A stretch of 64,000 nucleotides of DNA from a virus (lineage: Duplodnaviria > Heunggongvirae > Uroviricota > Caudoviricetes): positions 256,001 to 320,000 of the IMG/VR virus record IMGVR_UViG_3300010049_000009, one strand, 5' to 3'. Below the pieces are notes generated by a model. It made no database searches, was not told the origin of the DNA, and saw only the letters and a list, made by a program, of their open reading frames with translations. Each line of letters starts with the position of its first letter. The first letter of the stretch is position 1. This document shows positions 38,705 through 48,600 of the stretch, piece after piece. The position numbers were made by a program, and so were the translations under genes.

Positions 38705-39205
38705 ATGGATTATATCGAAAAAATAAAAAAACTTGAAAAGGATCAGTTAGTAACCATATTTTTAAGAGATGGTGAGGTGGTAACAGGTTTTTTTGAGTTA
38801 ATTGACGGTGATATAGATAATATGGGAAGTCATTTTGTTATGAAACCTAAAACCACTAACTTGAAGGGAGTGTCATGGGGGTGGCAACTTGGGCACATAC
38901 GCGAAGTAAATGTAATTGACCCCAAATATCTAATAGTACAAAAAATAGATTGTGTGAAAATTAGTGAAGCAGAGTTTGAACTACCTGATGGTGAAAAACG
39001 AAAAATTGCCACGCTTTTCTATGATGGAGATAATGACCCTAGTAAGGTGTTAAGCCACGCCGCAAAGAAATATGTTGGAAAGAGCACCAATTATTATGAA
39101 TTAATTGATGCCACTTTAAACTGTCCGTGGATTAGAGTTATTATTAGTGGTGATTTAGACTTATTAGATAGTGAAGAATTTGACGAAAATAAACATAGAT
39201 TATAA
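38705..39205 (+). CDS. hypothetical protein
   Basis: 166-aa ORF. Confidence 0.7.
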   Translation: MDYIEKIKKLEKDQLVTIFLRDGEVVTGFFELIDGDIDNMGSHFVMKPKTTNLKGVSWGWQLGHIREVNVIDPKYLIVQKIDCVKISEAEFELPDGEKRKIATLFYDGDNDPSKVLSHAAKKYVGKSTNYYELIDATLNCPWIRVIISGDLDLLDSEEFDENKHRL

Positions 39206-39675
39206 TGGGAACAAGAGCAACAATATCAATTAAAAGAGCGAATGACGCTGTTTATAATACCCTGTGGTATGTACATTATGACGGTTATCTCTCTCAATTG
39301 GGAAGAGAAATATTTGATAACCTCAAAACAGTAAATGACATAGAACGCTGTCCGGTTATTTTTAAAAGGGAAGAATGTTCTTCCATAGTAGAAATAGAAT
39401 ATCGTGAAACAAAAAATATTCAAGATATTCTTAACCAATGGAACGACTATTCATACATATTTCTTGAAGTATTTAATGTGTGGATATACTACAAGTATAA
39501 TGAAAAGATTGAATTTGATTTAGAAACAAATTTGAAAAATCTTGAAGAAGGGTTAGGGGAAAAACCAATATTTGTTAAACAATATAATGTTACACTTACA
39601 TGCCCACCCCAATATATTGAGTTTGAACAAGTGATTAGACTTGAAGATATGGTAGAAAAAAAGGGGGTAGAATGA
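39205..39675 (+). CDS. hypothetical phage protein
   Basis: MGTRATI...YVHYDGY...G, a common phage motif. Confidence 0.7.
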   Translation: MGTRATISIKRANDAVYNTLWYVHYDGYLSQLGREIFDNLKTVNDIERCPVIFKREECSSIVEIEYRETKNIQDILNQWNDYSYIFLEVFNVWIYYKYNEKIEFDLETNLKNLEEGLGEKPIFVKQYNVTLTCPPQYIEFEQVIRLEDMVEKKGVE

Positions 39676-39776
39676 ACATAGAATTAATAGGATTTACAAG
39701 TGCTTTAATTATATTACTCGGTATTATGATATTCTTATATGTTATAACCGACCGAGGTAAAAATGATATATTTTAG
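39672..39776 (+). CDS. 34-aa single-TM peptide (not in ORF track)
   Basis: MNIELIGFTSALIILLGIMIFLYVITDRGKNDIF; ATGA overlap; fills the gap exactly. Confidence 0.55.
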   Translation: MNIELIGFTSALIILLGIMIFLYVITDRGKNDIF

Positions 39777-39778
39777 AT

Positions 39779-40102
39779 ATGAAAAGAAAAATAGTTGAAG
39801 TTAGATTTGATAGTTATGATGGTCGCTATCCCGCTTATTGTAGTGGTGATTTAAACTTCACCGCCATATATGATGACGGTACTGAAATAGAATGTTCTTG
39901 GGCATACTGTCTACGTAGCGGCGGCGGATTACTACCCGAAAGCGATTATGAAACATTTGTGGGTGATTGGGAAGTGTGCCTCCCCGATTTTCCTGATAAA
40001 ACGTGGGAAGATTTTACACCCGAAGTTCTTAAAATGTTAACCAAAATGGTTAATGAAAATATCACCCCCAAAGGCTGTTGCGGTGGTTGTATGACATGGT
40101 AA
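39779..40102 (+). CDS. hypothetical protein (C-terminal GCCGGC)
   Basis: YDGRYP..CSG...NENI..GCCGGC motif. Confidence 0.7.
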   Translation: MKRKIVEVRFDSYDGRYPAYCSGDLNFTAIYDDGTEIECSWAYCLRSGGGLLPESDYETFVGDWEVCLPDFPDKTWEDFTPEVLKMLTKMVNENITPKGCCGGCMTW

Positions 40103-40142
40103 TTTGATATTCATACTATTTATCTATATAAAATTTAACACA

Positions 40143-40553
40143 ATGGGAGTATTAAACAAACATAAAATAGTTCTTAACGATAAAGTTAGTCTTCAAACAG
40201 GTTTGAATGAAATTTACGTTGAATTAGATTGTCTTATAAATCAAATTCAAGAAGAATATACAAAAGTATCTGAAAACACTTCTTTGGTCGAAATGCCAAT
40301 GGATGATAAAGCAGAATACGTAAAAGCAGTTCATAACCTTTTAGTAGATAAAACAAATGTTATGAAACTTAAAATTGACGTTCAGAAAATCGTCACAGAA
40401 GTATTGAAAACCGGTGGAAATGAGGGGGAAGCATTTAAAAACCTCCAAAAAAACAAATCCGTTGCCGGTATTAACATTAAAGAACTTCAAAAATCAATGG
40501 CACAACAATCTCCAACAGAAAATGAAGAAGAAAGTGTTGTATATACAATGTAA
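40143..40553 (+). CDS. hypothetical coiled-coil protein
   Basis: ATG at 40143 preceded by CTATTTATC. Confidence 0.7.
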   Translation: MGVLNKHKIVLNDKVSLQTGLNEIYVELDCLINQIQEEYTKVSENTSLVEMPMDDKAEYVKAVHNLLVDKTNVMKLKIDVQKIVTEVLKTGGNEGEAFKNLQKNKSVAGINIKELQKSMAQQSPTENEEESVVYTM

Positions 40554-40559
40554 ATAACA

Positions 40560-40745
40560 ATGGAACAAAGTAATATTAATTGGGTATCAATGACATCAGA
40601 AGAAATCTATCATAAAAAAATAGATTTGTATAATACATATGAAATGATGAAGAAAATGTTAATTGATATGAACGATAGAATGATGGAAATTGAAGTTGCC
40701 TTCAAAGAAGCAGAAATGGAACAAGCAAGAAGAGGGGTTGTATAA
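40560..40745 (+). CDS. hypothetical coiled-coil protein
   Basis: 61-aa ORF. Confidence 0.6.
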   Translation: MEQSNINWVSMTSEEIYHKKIDLYNTYEMMKKMLIDMNDRMMEIEVAFKEAEMEQARRGVV

Positions 40746-40762
40746 TCATTATCTAAAAAAAT

Positions 40763-41140
40763 ATGACAGATCAAGAAAAAATTCAAGAATTGAAAAATCA
40801 AATTAAACTCATAGAAGAAGAGGGAAAACAATCACAAATAGATAAATATAGTTATTTAGTTGGTACTTGTATAAGTAGAGCAACAACCTCTTGGGAAAAA
40901 ATAACCGAAATTTGTAGAGTCGAATATGATGAATATGACGGTGATGAAATACATTTTGATTGTATTGGTATATATTATGATGATAGAATTGGGGGTAGTG
41001 AACAAAATACCCACGCTACATTAAATTGTTGGGGTTCTATATATGCAAAACAGATTGAAAAAGCAACAATAACAAATGAAAAGTTTTTAGAAATATTTAA
41101 TAAAACAGTAGATTTAATTAAATCTAAAATAATAGAATAA
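40763..41140 (+). CDS. hypothetical protein
   Basis: 125-aa ORF. Confidence 0.7.
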   Translation: MTDQEKIQELKNQIKLIEEEGKQSQIDKYSYLVGTCISRATTSWEKITEICRVEYDEYDGDEIHFDCIGIYYDDRIGGSEQNTHATLNCWGSIYAKQIEKATITNEKFLEIFNKTVDLIKSKIIE

Positions 41141-41141
41141 T

Positions 41142-41462
41142 ATGTTTGTATATTGCGATAAATGTAAATGGACACAAGATGATTTTTGGTCAGAAGAGGG
41201 GGATTGTTATAACCCATTCAACTATGTAGCACAATACCAAAAATATGTTTTCGAGAGACCACGAGATGATATGGATTGGCGAATTGCTGACGAAAAAACA
41301 GGTGATGTCAAAACAGTATCAAGACTTGAATATGTTGCAACTCTTTTTGAAAGTATGGCAAAAACCATACGAAAACAAAAATATATAAAATACGAAGATT
41401 ATCTTGAACAAAATCCCGAAGGGTTATGCCCCGAATGTGATAACCCTCTTACCCTTGATTAA
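41142..41462 (+). CDS. zinc-binding hypothetical protein
   Basis: CDKC...QDDFWS...CPEC. Confidence 0.7.
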   Translation: MFVYCDKCKWTQDDFWSEEGDCYNPFNYVAQYQKYVFERPRDDMDWRIADEKTGDVKTVSRLEYVATLFESMAKTIRKQKYIKYEDYLEQNPEGLCPECDNPLTLD

Positions 41463-41485
41463 TAAACCCAATAATATGACGGAAT

Positions 41486-41587
41486 ATGAACATGGTATAT
41501 TGGATAATATTTGGAATAATAGTATTCTTTGCAGTCGTTGCCGTCTTTGGGATGGTTTATGGGGAAGACCCCGAAATTAAAAAGTGA
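41486..41587 (+). CDS. 33-aa single-TM peptide (not in ORF track)
   Basis: MNMVYWIIFGIIVFFAVVAVFGMVYGEDPEIKK. Confidence 0.45.
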   Translation: MNMVYWIIFGIIVFFAVVAVFGMVYGEDPEIKK

Positions 41588-41604
41588 GGTTTTGTAAAAA
41601 CCTT

Positions 41605-41613
41605 CTATTTATA
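41605..41613 (+). promoter_or_regulatory. putative late promoter CTATTTATA
   Basis: Upstream of the small lipoprotein gene. Confidence 0.55.
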
Positions 41614-41648
41614 ACCGAAATTAAATAATAAATTAAATTAAAAAGAAG

Positions 41649-41840
41649 ATGAAAAAAGTAGTAATGATTTTCGCTATCGCAGTCGTGTTGCTAATGTGCG
41701 TTGCCTGCCCTTCCGGTAAAAGAGGTGCACAACCACTCGAAGTAAACGTTTCTGACAGTTGTATGGTTATCCTGAACGACAGTCTGAATCTCGAAATGAT
41801 CGAAAAAGTGGAAATGGGCATCGATTCAATTGCCAAGTAA
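41649..41840 (+). CDS. small lipoprotein
   Basis: MKK, hydrophobic core and VAC lipobox. Confidence 0.65.
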   Translation: MKKVVMIFAIAVVLLMCVACPSGKRGAQPLEVNVSDSCMVILNDSLNLEMIEKVEMGIDSIAK

Positions 41841-41871
41841 GTAAAAAAAGATATTTAATCTTATTTTTTAT

Positions 41872-41898
41872 AACCCCATAATAATATGGGGTTTTTTT
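41872..41898 (+). terminator. intrinsic terminator
   Basis: AACCCCATA-ATAA-TATGGGGTT followed by a T tract. Confidence 0.88.
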
Positions 41899-41920
41899 AT
41901 TTTGGATTCCTGCTATTAAA

Positions 41921-41929
41921 CTATTTATA
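41921..41929 (+). promoter_or_regulatory. putative late promoter CTATTTATA
   Basis: Upstream of the tape measure gene. Confidence 0.65.
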
Positions 41930-41946
41930 GAAAAATGAATTGAAAT

Positions 41947-44727
41947 ATGCCATCATCATATGTACCTTCGGATAAAATAGACGGATTAGTAACAGAAATT
42001 ACAAAACTTGTTGACCAATTTAAAAGTTATGAAAAAATTGCAAGTGAAGTATTAGAAGCCACTAATGATTTAATTGATTCTATTGACGAAAATACTTTGT
42101 TGGGAACGAAACACAGTGGTACAGGAAACAACCGCTCAAATCAAGCGGATACCGATGATGCACCATTTAATCTTTTTAACGAAAGTGTTAATATATTCAG
42201 TTCTTCGGTTTCTGCATTTAATACTGCTGTTCAAAATTTTATTACAGGTGTATCAAAAGGGGGTGGTGTTCAACAATCACAACCGGTTGCGCCCACACAA
42301 CAACAAGCGGTTGCTGCTAGTGGTGGGGGTGGTGGTATTGATTTTAGTAAAATTTTGAAGGTTGCTGGAATTGGTGCTGCGGGTTATCTTGGCATTAAAG
42401 CGGTTGGTGCAATTGGAAATATGCTTGGTGGTCTTTTAGGTGGTGGAGGTGGTTCTTCCGGTGGCGGAGGTGGTGGTATTTTAGGGCAAATTTTCGCAAT
42501 GGAACAAGCTGCTGTTAATTTACGAAAACAATTTCATTTTAGCGATGCTGCTGTACAAAGTGTTGCAATAAGTCTTCAAGAAGCGTCTATTGCAACAAGA
42601 TTATGGGGTGTTGATGCTGCGGATGTTGGAAAAGAATTAGAAAAACTAACAGATGCCACCGGTAGGGTTAGATTTTTTAGTGTGGAAGATTTTAAAACAA
42701 TGGGTGCGGCAAAAGCAGTAATGGGTGAAGACGCTGTGAATTTTTTCGACAATTTTGATAAAATGGGTATATCCATTTCAGGTGCTAAAAATATGTTTCA
42801 AGAAATGCGTAAAACCTCCGGTGAATTTGGGGTTGATGCAGCAAAACACGCAAAAACGGTTCATCAGAATTTAGGGAGGGCAAACCAATTTCATTTTAGA
42901 AACGGTATAAATGGTTTATCAAGAATGGTTGCTCTTTCTATGCGCATGCGAATGGATTTTGACCAAATAACAACTTACGCAAATAAATTTCAAGATTTTG
43001 ATAGTGCAATTTCAACTTCCGCCAATATGCAATTACTTGGTGGACCGTTTGCCGCAAACGCCAACCCATTTCAAAATATGTATGATTCTTTAATGGACCC
43101 AGAGGCAATTGTTAAAAAACATGCTGATATGGGAAAACAATTAATGACTTGGAACACAAAAACAGGTGGTTTTGAAGCAAACTCATTGGATGCACGTCTA
43201 CGAATAAGAGAATATGCTACACAAACAGGTTTAGACCCCGCTAAATTAATGGAAACAATGAGAAGGGGTGCAAGTGAAGGAATGATTGCAGCAGAATTAG
43301 GGAGAAACCAAAATAATTTAACAAAAGACCAACAAAATTTAGTAAAAGGTAAAGCGGATTGGGATGCGGACAAGGGGGCGTGGACAGTAGCCGTGCGCGA
43401 TGCGGCAACAAATACTACAACAAATAAAAGGGTTGATCAACTAACAGCAAAAGATATGGAATTTCTTCAAGCGGATAGTGAAACACATTTGTACGATATT
43501 GCTACTAACACACGCACACTTGCTCAACAGGTGGGGGGTATTTTAAATAGTTTAAAGGGTTGGGGTGTAAATTTCTTGGCTAAATTATTACCGGAAGGTG
43601 CATATGGAAAAGCATCAGATATGACAGGTTGGGGTGTAAAAATTATGGAATCTTTACCCGGCAAAGAAACAAAGGAACAATTAGGAATATTGGGTGATGC
43701 GGGTAAAGAAGCATTTGATACTGTTGGTAATGTGGTGAGTGAAACTTGGAGTTGGATAACAGATACCGCATTTCCTCAAATAGGGGAAACAATTAATAAT
43801 GGTTGGGAAAAAATAAAGGAGTGGTTGGGTATAGAAGATAAATGGAATATGTTTATGGATAACTGGGTAAATCCAATAAAAAAAGAGATAGTAGAAATGG
43901 CAATCACCATTAAAGAAAAGGCAATAGCAATATATAATAGTGTTAAAAGTTTCTTTAAGTGGGCAACGATAACAATGACCGCATATTATGCAGCAAAGGG
44001 AGTAAATGCTTTATCCGGTGGTAGAATAGGTAGAGGATTGGGTAGAGGAGTAGGTAAAGTAGTCCAACGTGTTGGCGCAAGAATAGCGGGTGGAAAAATG
44101 GTTGGTGGTAAATTATTATTGAAGGCTGGTGCGGGTAAAGGCGTGGCTGGAATGGTAGGTAAAGCTGGGGTTGGACTTGGTGGTAAAATTTTGGCTGGTG
44201 TGGGAATGGCGGCACTAGCAAAACCCTTGTTAATTGCGGGGGCGGTGGGTGCGATAGGATATGGTGCTTATCGTCTTATAAAAAGGCGAAAAAATAAGAA
44301 GGAAGAGGAAAAGAAAAAAAATGCGGAAGTAGAACAACAAGTAATAGAAGAAGGAGAAGGTGGTGATGGAAACGCCACAAACATTAAAACCAATAGTGTT
44401 AATATCAATTCCGATAATGTAACAACAGCAAAGTCTGATAGTGCGCTTTCTCAACTTATACTTAAAACAGCGGAAGCGAAATCTCTACGAGAATCCAATG
44501 CTAATAACAACCTCTCTCATTCCGGTAAGATAGATATTAATTTAGGGGGCACAATTCAATTACAAGACCCCAATGGTAATGTATATAATTGGGATAAGAT
44601 TACCAATAACCAACAATTCATTTCACAATTGACTGATAAAATTTCAATGGAAATAACAAAAAAACAGAACTTCTCTTCTGCTGGTGACGGAAGGATAATG
44701 TACGGTGGTGCGTTACAAATGGGATAA
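41947..44727 (+). CDS. tail tape measure protein
   Basis: 926 aa, alpha-helical, G/A-rich segments, periodic Trp repeats, hydrophobic segment near the C-terminus. Confidence 0.75.
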   Translation: MPSSYVPSDKIDGLVTEITKLVDQFKSYEKIASEVLEATNDLIDSIDENTLLGTKHSGTGNNRSNQADTDDAPFNLFNESVNIFSSSVSAFNTAVQNFITGVSKGGGVQQSQPVAPTQQQAVAASGGGGGIDFSKILKVAGIGAAGYLGIKAVGAIGNMLGGLLGGGGGSSGGGGGGILGQIFAMEQAAVNLRKQFHFSDAAVQSVAISLQEASIATRLWGVDAADVGKELEKLTDATGRVRFFSVEDFKTMGAAKAVMGEDAVNFFDNFDKMGISISGAKNMFQEMRKTSGEFGVDAAKHAKTVHQNLGRANQFHFRNGINGLSRMVALSMRMRMDFDQITTYANKFQDFDSAISTSANMQLLGGPFAANANPFQNMYDSLMDPEAIVKKHADMGKQLMTWNTKTGGFEANSLDARLRIREYATQTGLDPAKLMETMRRGASEGMIAAELGRNQNNLTKDQQNLVKGKADWDADKGAWTVAVRDAATNTTTNKRVDQLTAKDMEFLQADSETHLYDIATNTRTLAQQVGGILNSLKGWGVNFLAKLLPEGAYGKASDMTGWGVKIMESLPGKETKEQLGILGDAGKEAFDTVGNVVSETWSWITDTAFPQIGETINNGWEKIKEWLGIEDKWNMFMDNWVNPIKKEIVEMAITIKEKAIAIYNSVKSFFKWATITMTAYYAAKGVNALSGGRIGRGLGRGVGKVVQRVGARIAGGKMVGGKLLLKAGAGKGVAGMVGKAGVGLGGKILAGVGMAALAKPLLIAGAVGAIGYGAYRLIKRRKNKKEEEKKKNAEVEQQVIEEGEGGDGNATNIKTNSVNINSDNVTTAKSDSALSQLILKTAEAKSLRESNANNNLSHSGKIDINLGGTIQLQDPNGNVYNWDKITNNQQFISQLTDKISMEITKKQNFSSAGDGRIMYGGALQMG

Positions 44728-44732
44728 AAACA

Positions 44733-44741
44733 CTATTTATA
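44733..44741 (+). promoter_or_regulatory. putative late promoter CTATTTATA
   Basis: Upstream of the spanin-like pair. Confidence 0.6.
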
Positions 44742-44757
44742 ATAAAATGAAAATATC

Positions 44758-45120
44758 ATGAAAATAACATTTAAGGGTGTAATTCATATTATAATTTATA
44801 TTATTTTGATAGTATTGTTGGTTATACAGTTCAGGAAACCTGCAACGGTGATTGATAATTCACATATATATCAAAATAGGATAGATAGTATTATGAATAC
44901 TATTGGGGATACGCAGCATGTTATAGATTCGTTGGAGAATGTGATTGTTGTGAATGATTTACAGATTGATATTCTTGTTAAGAGTATTGAAAGATTAATA
45001 AGAGAAAGAAATGAAAACAAGTTTACACAAAGTGAAAGGGATAAAGAGATTGCAAGTATGTCTAATGACTCTCTTGTTTTGTTTGTTCGCGAACAACTTA
45101 AGTTATGGTCAGCAGAGTAA
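44758..45120 (+). CDS. i-spanin-like membrane-anchored coiled-coil protein
   Basis: N-terminal TM plus coiled coil; overlapped by the next gene. Confidence 0.55.
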   Translation: MKITFKGVIHIIIYIILIVLLVIQFRKPATVIDNSHIYQNRIDSIMNTIGDTQHVIDSLENVIVVNDLQIDILVKSIERLIRERNENKFTQSERDKEIASMSNDSLVLFVREQLKLWSAE

Positions 45121-45457
45121 GGGTGATTCTGTGTTAATGTCCATTGATGAGGTTCGCATTGTTGGTAGAATTATTAATGAAAACCAACACTTAAAGAATG
45201 AAATTGAAATATTAGATTCTATGATTGTTGTTAAAGACAAACATGTTTTCTTACTTCAAGAAAATGTAACTGCGTGTCGGTCTATAATGGAACAACAGAT
45301 TTCGGTTATTTCAAGTTTTGAAGAAATTGATAGGTTGAGGGTTCAACAGATTAATGATATTCATAAATTTCATAAGAAAGATAAGCGCAAAACTGCGTTA
45401 AGATTTGGCGGGGGGGGTGTCGCACTTGGAATACTCCTAATGCTCATATTTAACTAA
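45011..45457 (+). CDS. overlapping secreted coiled-coil protein with C-terminal TM (spanin-like)
   Basis: Signal-like LLFCLFANNLSYG/Q, coiled coil, C-terminal GGGGVALGILLMLIF; alternative ATG at 45065. Confidence 0.5.
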   Translation: MKTSLHKVKGIKRLQVCLMTLLFCLFANNLSYGQQSKGDSVLMSIDEVRIVGRIINENQHLKNEIEILDSMIVVKDKHVFLLQENVTACRSIMEQQISVISSFEEIDRLRVQQINDIHKFHKKDKRKTALRFGGGGVALGILLMLIFN

Positions 45458-45472
45458 TGTTTCAGAAAAATA

Positions 45473-45505
45473 TTTGTCCCGAATATTACAAATATTTGGG
45501 ACAAA
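45473..45505. terminator. hairpin between convergent operons
   Basis: TTTGTCCCGAATATT-ACA-AATATTTGGGACAAA. Confidence 0.6.
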
Positions 45506-45529
45506 ATTGTCCGAAATATACCGAATATT

Positions 45530-45652
45530 TCAGACATTATTAAAGTACTTCCACTTCGATTTACGACGAATACTTTTACTTTCTTGGTATAAATCCTCAA
45601 TCATTATATCGAATGGGTCTTTTTCCTTAACTTTTTTGGTTTTTGTTTTCAT
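45530..45652 (-). CDS. 40-aa basic peptide (not in ORF track)
   Basis: MKTKTKKVKEKDPFDIMIEDLYQESKSIRRKSKWKYFNNV, immediately after the 1854-aa gene. Confidence 0.4.
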   Translation of the reverse strand: MKTKTKKVKEKDPFDIMIEDLYQESKSIRRKSKWKYFNNV

Positions 45653-45655
45653 ATA

Positions 45656-48600
45656 TTAACCTTTTTTCGGATATTTACTTGTTTCGTTTCTACCGGGATC
45701 GCACCGCCAACCACCACCGTCTGTTAATCCCATACAAGCACATATATCATATTTAGTGAATTTTTTGGTGTATGCGTAGTGAACGGTATTTAAACATGAC
45801 TTATCAGTGCCCTTATATTCCAAATATAATTCAGTAATAAAAGGATTCATATGCTGTGCGATAAACGCATAAAGGGTTTTATAATGAAATTCCATATCTT
45901 TATTTCCACGAACATCTACCATTTGTTTTCCCTTTGCTTTATGTCGAAGTCTTAAATCTATACCCGAACCGTGTCCGTGATACGATGTTTTAGATTGACT
46001 GTTACTATGATGTCGCCACATAGACCCAACCATTATATCAAATTCACTATCCTCACTAAACCCATTCATACCACCAACACCATCAGTTGCCCCCGCACCC
46101 ATATTACGTATCCATTGATTTAGTCCATTTTTATCTTTTACCCAATCAATAATTTTATCAACTTGAATTAGAAAATCAGCAAGGTTTTCAAAACACTCTA
46201 TCGGCATTTGGAAACCCGCTGCTTGTGGACCGGTTAATCCTGAACCGGGTATGTTACCACTATTTGAACCTCTTTCAACACACTCATGAAGTTTAAAATG
46301 TTTAGAAATATTTTTATCTCTTAATTGCATATATTGTTCACCCAATATTTTATCGTCAGTGATTATACCACCAGGTCCATATTTTTTTGTTCCACCGCCG
46401 TTATTATAACCAACCTGATTTAATTTAATTTCACCACCATACCCTTGTTTATTATGATCTATTTGATAATCGGTTTTTATCACATTATCCATTTTCAAAT
46501 CACCCACTATTGATGTAACAAGTGGTATTTTGACAATTGGTCTTTTAGTGAAATCTTGTTTAACACCCTCAAATACTGTTCTCATATAATTATCCTCAAT
46601 GGTGTGTACAACCTTAAATATCATATATCCACCTGTAAAAAGATAAGTGTTATTTAATTGGTAGTACATTAATGGAAATATTGGTGCTGACCCACCCTCC
46701 AAAGTAATTTTGGTATTATATGCCATTTTAGAATATTGAGAATATAAGTTTTCACCAACAAAAACCTGATTACCACTTGAATAATCCTTTGCTGATTCCA
46801 ATATTCTTACCATTGACTTGAAATATTGTTCGGTTTTCTTTGGTTCAGACATTGTCAAATTTTCTATTTTAAAAAAGTTTTCGTTGTGTCTTCCGTATGA
46901 TATACCAAATGAACGTAACGGTATTTTTGAGTCACCCACCAAATGTTTACCTTTATTTAATGCAAGCATATCCTCATCACGTGTTAATTGGAGTGCGGTG
47001 TTTTCAAAATCTGATTCTTCATTATCAAGGTCTGTTGGGGTTTCAGCGGGATTACCCATTAACATAAAGATTAATCCATAATCTTCATCCTGTGTCCCAC
47101 TAAAATCAATTTCGTTATATATTTGTGGTTTGAATAAGTAATCTAATAGAGATTGAGCATCAGTTGCCTTTCTACCCTCAAAAAAACCTAATGTTGGGGA
47201 AGCCATCATAAAAAGGTTGTGTTCTTGTGCAATATTAGCCAAAAGATCATACATATTCCATGCGGTTTCACCTGTAAATACACCTGTTAAAATATGTTTT
47301 ATATATTCTAAATTAACATAAACCTTATCACTAATATCACAAAAATATTGATCAACAATCATTATTTTACTCATAATGTGTTCTAATCTGTTTGTTATAT
47401 CCGGTTCTGTTACACCGACAAACCAAGAATCGTGTAATAACTTAAATTGAAAATATAATTTATCTAATTGTGTGTTTTCTTCCGTGTTAAGTACATCTTC
47501 TTCCAAACTATTTCCAACAATTATTGGACCCGTCATTAGTTTTAATAGTTCTTCATTTAATACTTTAAGATAACTTACAATTTCTTCTTTTGGGATATTT
47601 ATTCTTGACTTTCTTTCGGTTTTCAATATACCCGACCTTGAATTAATTATTAAAACACTGTCTTTATATAACCCCATTAGTTTTTTCGCTGCATTTGACG
47701 AAGGATCAAGTATGAGTTGGAGTATAGGAAAACCAGCTATATGATATTTTACATCACCTATTTTAGGGTGTATAAACATTGCGCTATTATATGCGGGCAT
47801 ACCTTTTAATTTTTCTGTTGCAATTTCACGTCGCAATGGTGAAGTAACGTTATTATATGCACTAAATACTTGTCTATTATCATTTAAAAAAGAAACGGGG
47901 TTATCATAGACACCATATTCCATATCTTTTATTATATCCTTACCTTCCTTCTCGACCCAATCCTCAAAGTGTGAAATAAATACTTTTTTCACATCAAAAC
48001 CCATATTCATTCCAAAATCATACATTACTTTCTTAAAAAGAAAGGTGTTTTCAAGGGGTTGAATAATTTCTCTAAATAAAAAGGGGTATTGACTACTTGT
48101 TATTACTTTACTTCTAACGTTATCATATAACCACAATATGGAACCAATTTGTAGTGCAAAACATTTGGGTATTCTTTTAATTCCCCAATTAGTTTTTTCT
48201 ATGTATTGGTATAATTTATCAGGTAACAAACCAAGTGAGTGTAATAGTAATGCTGCCCTACACCTGTTTTTTACATCTATGTTTGTTATAGTACAGTTAT
48301 AATAATCGGGGGTAGCAAATATAGAAAAAACATGTTTATCAAGACGTGGTATTGCAATACAAATATCGGGTTTAGTTTCACTTAATTTCATAAATAATTG
48401 ATTTTCACTAACACCTTGTTTTTGACTCATTACAACTTCTTTGAAATTTTCTACTGTGATACCTTGACTTACGCTACCCAATACCAAATTAGCAAAATGT
48501 TGTGGGGTGCTCATACTAATACTCTGAATATCATCTGAAAAACATTCCACTTCTTCTTTTGTAAAACCACTTATATTAACCCAAACGTCATCAACTATCT

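Noticed and set aside
42320-42480. GGT-rich repeats in the tape measure gene
   Set aside because: Ordinary poly-Gly coding linkers, not a separate repeat element.
45474-45659. 61-aa + strand ORF after the spanin-like pair
   Set aside because: TTG start inside a terminator-like hairpin; a minus-strand 40-aa ORF continuing the baseplate operon is more plausible.
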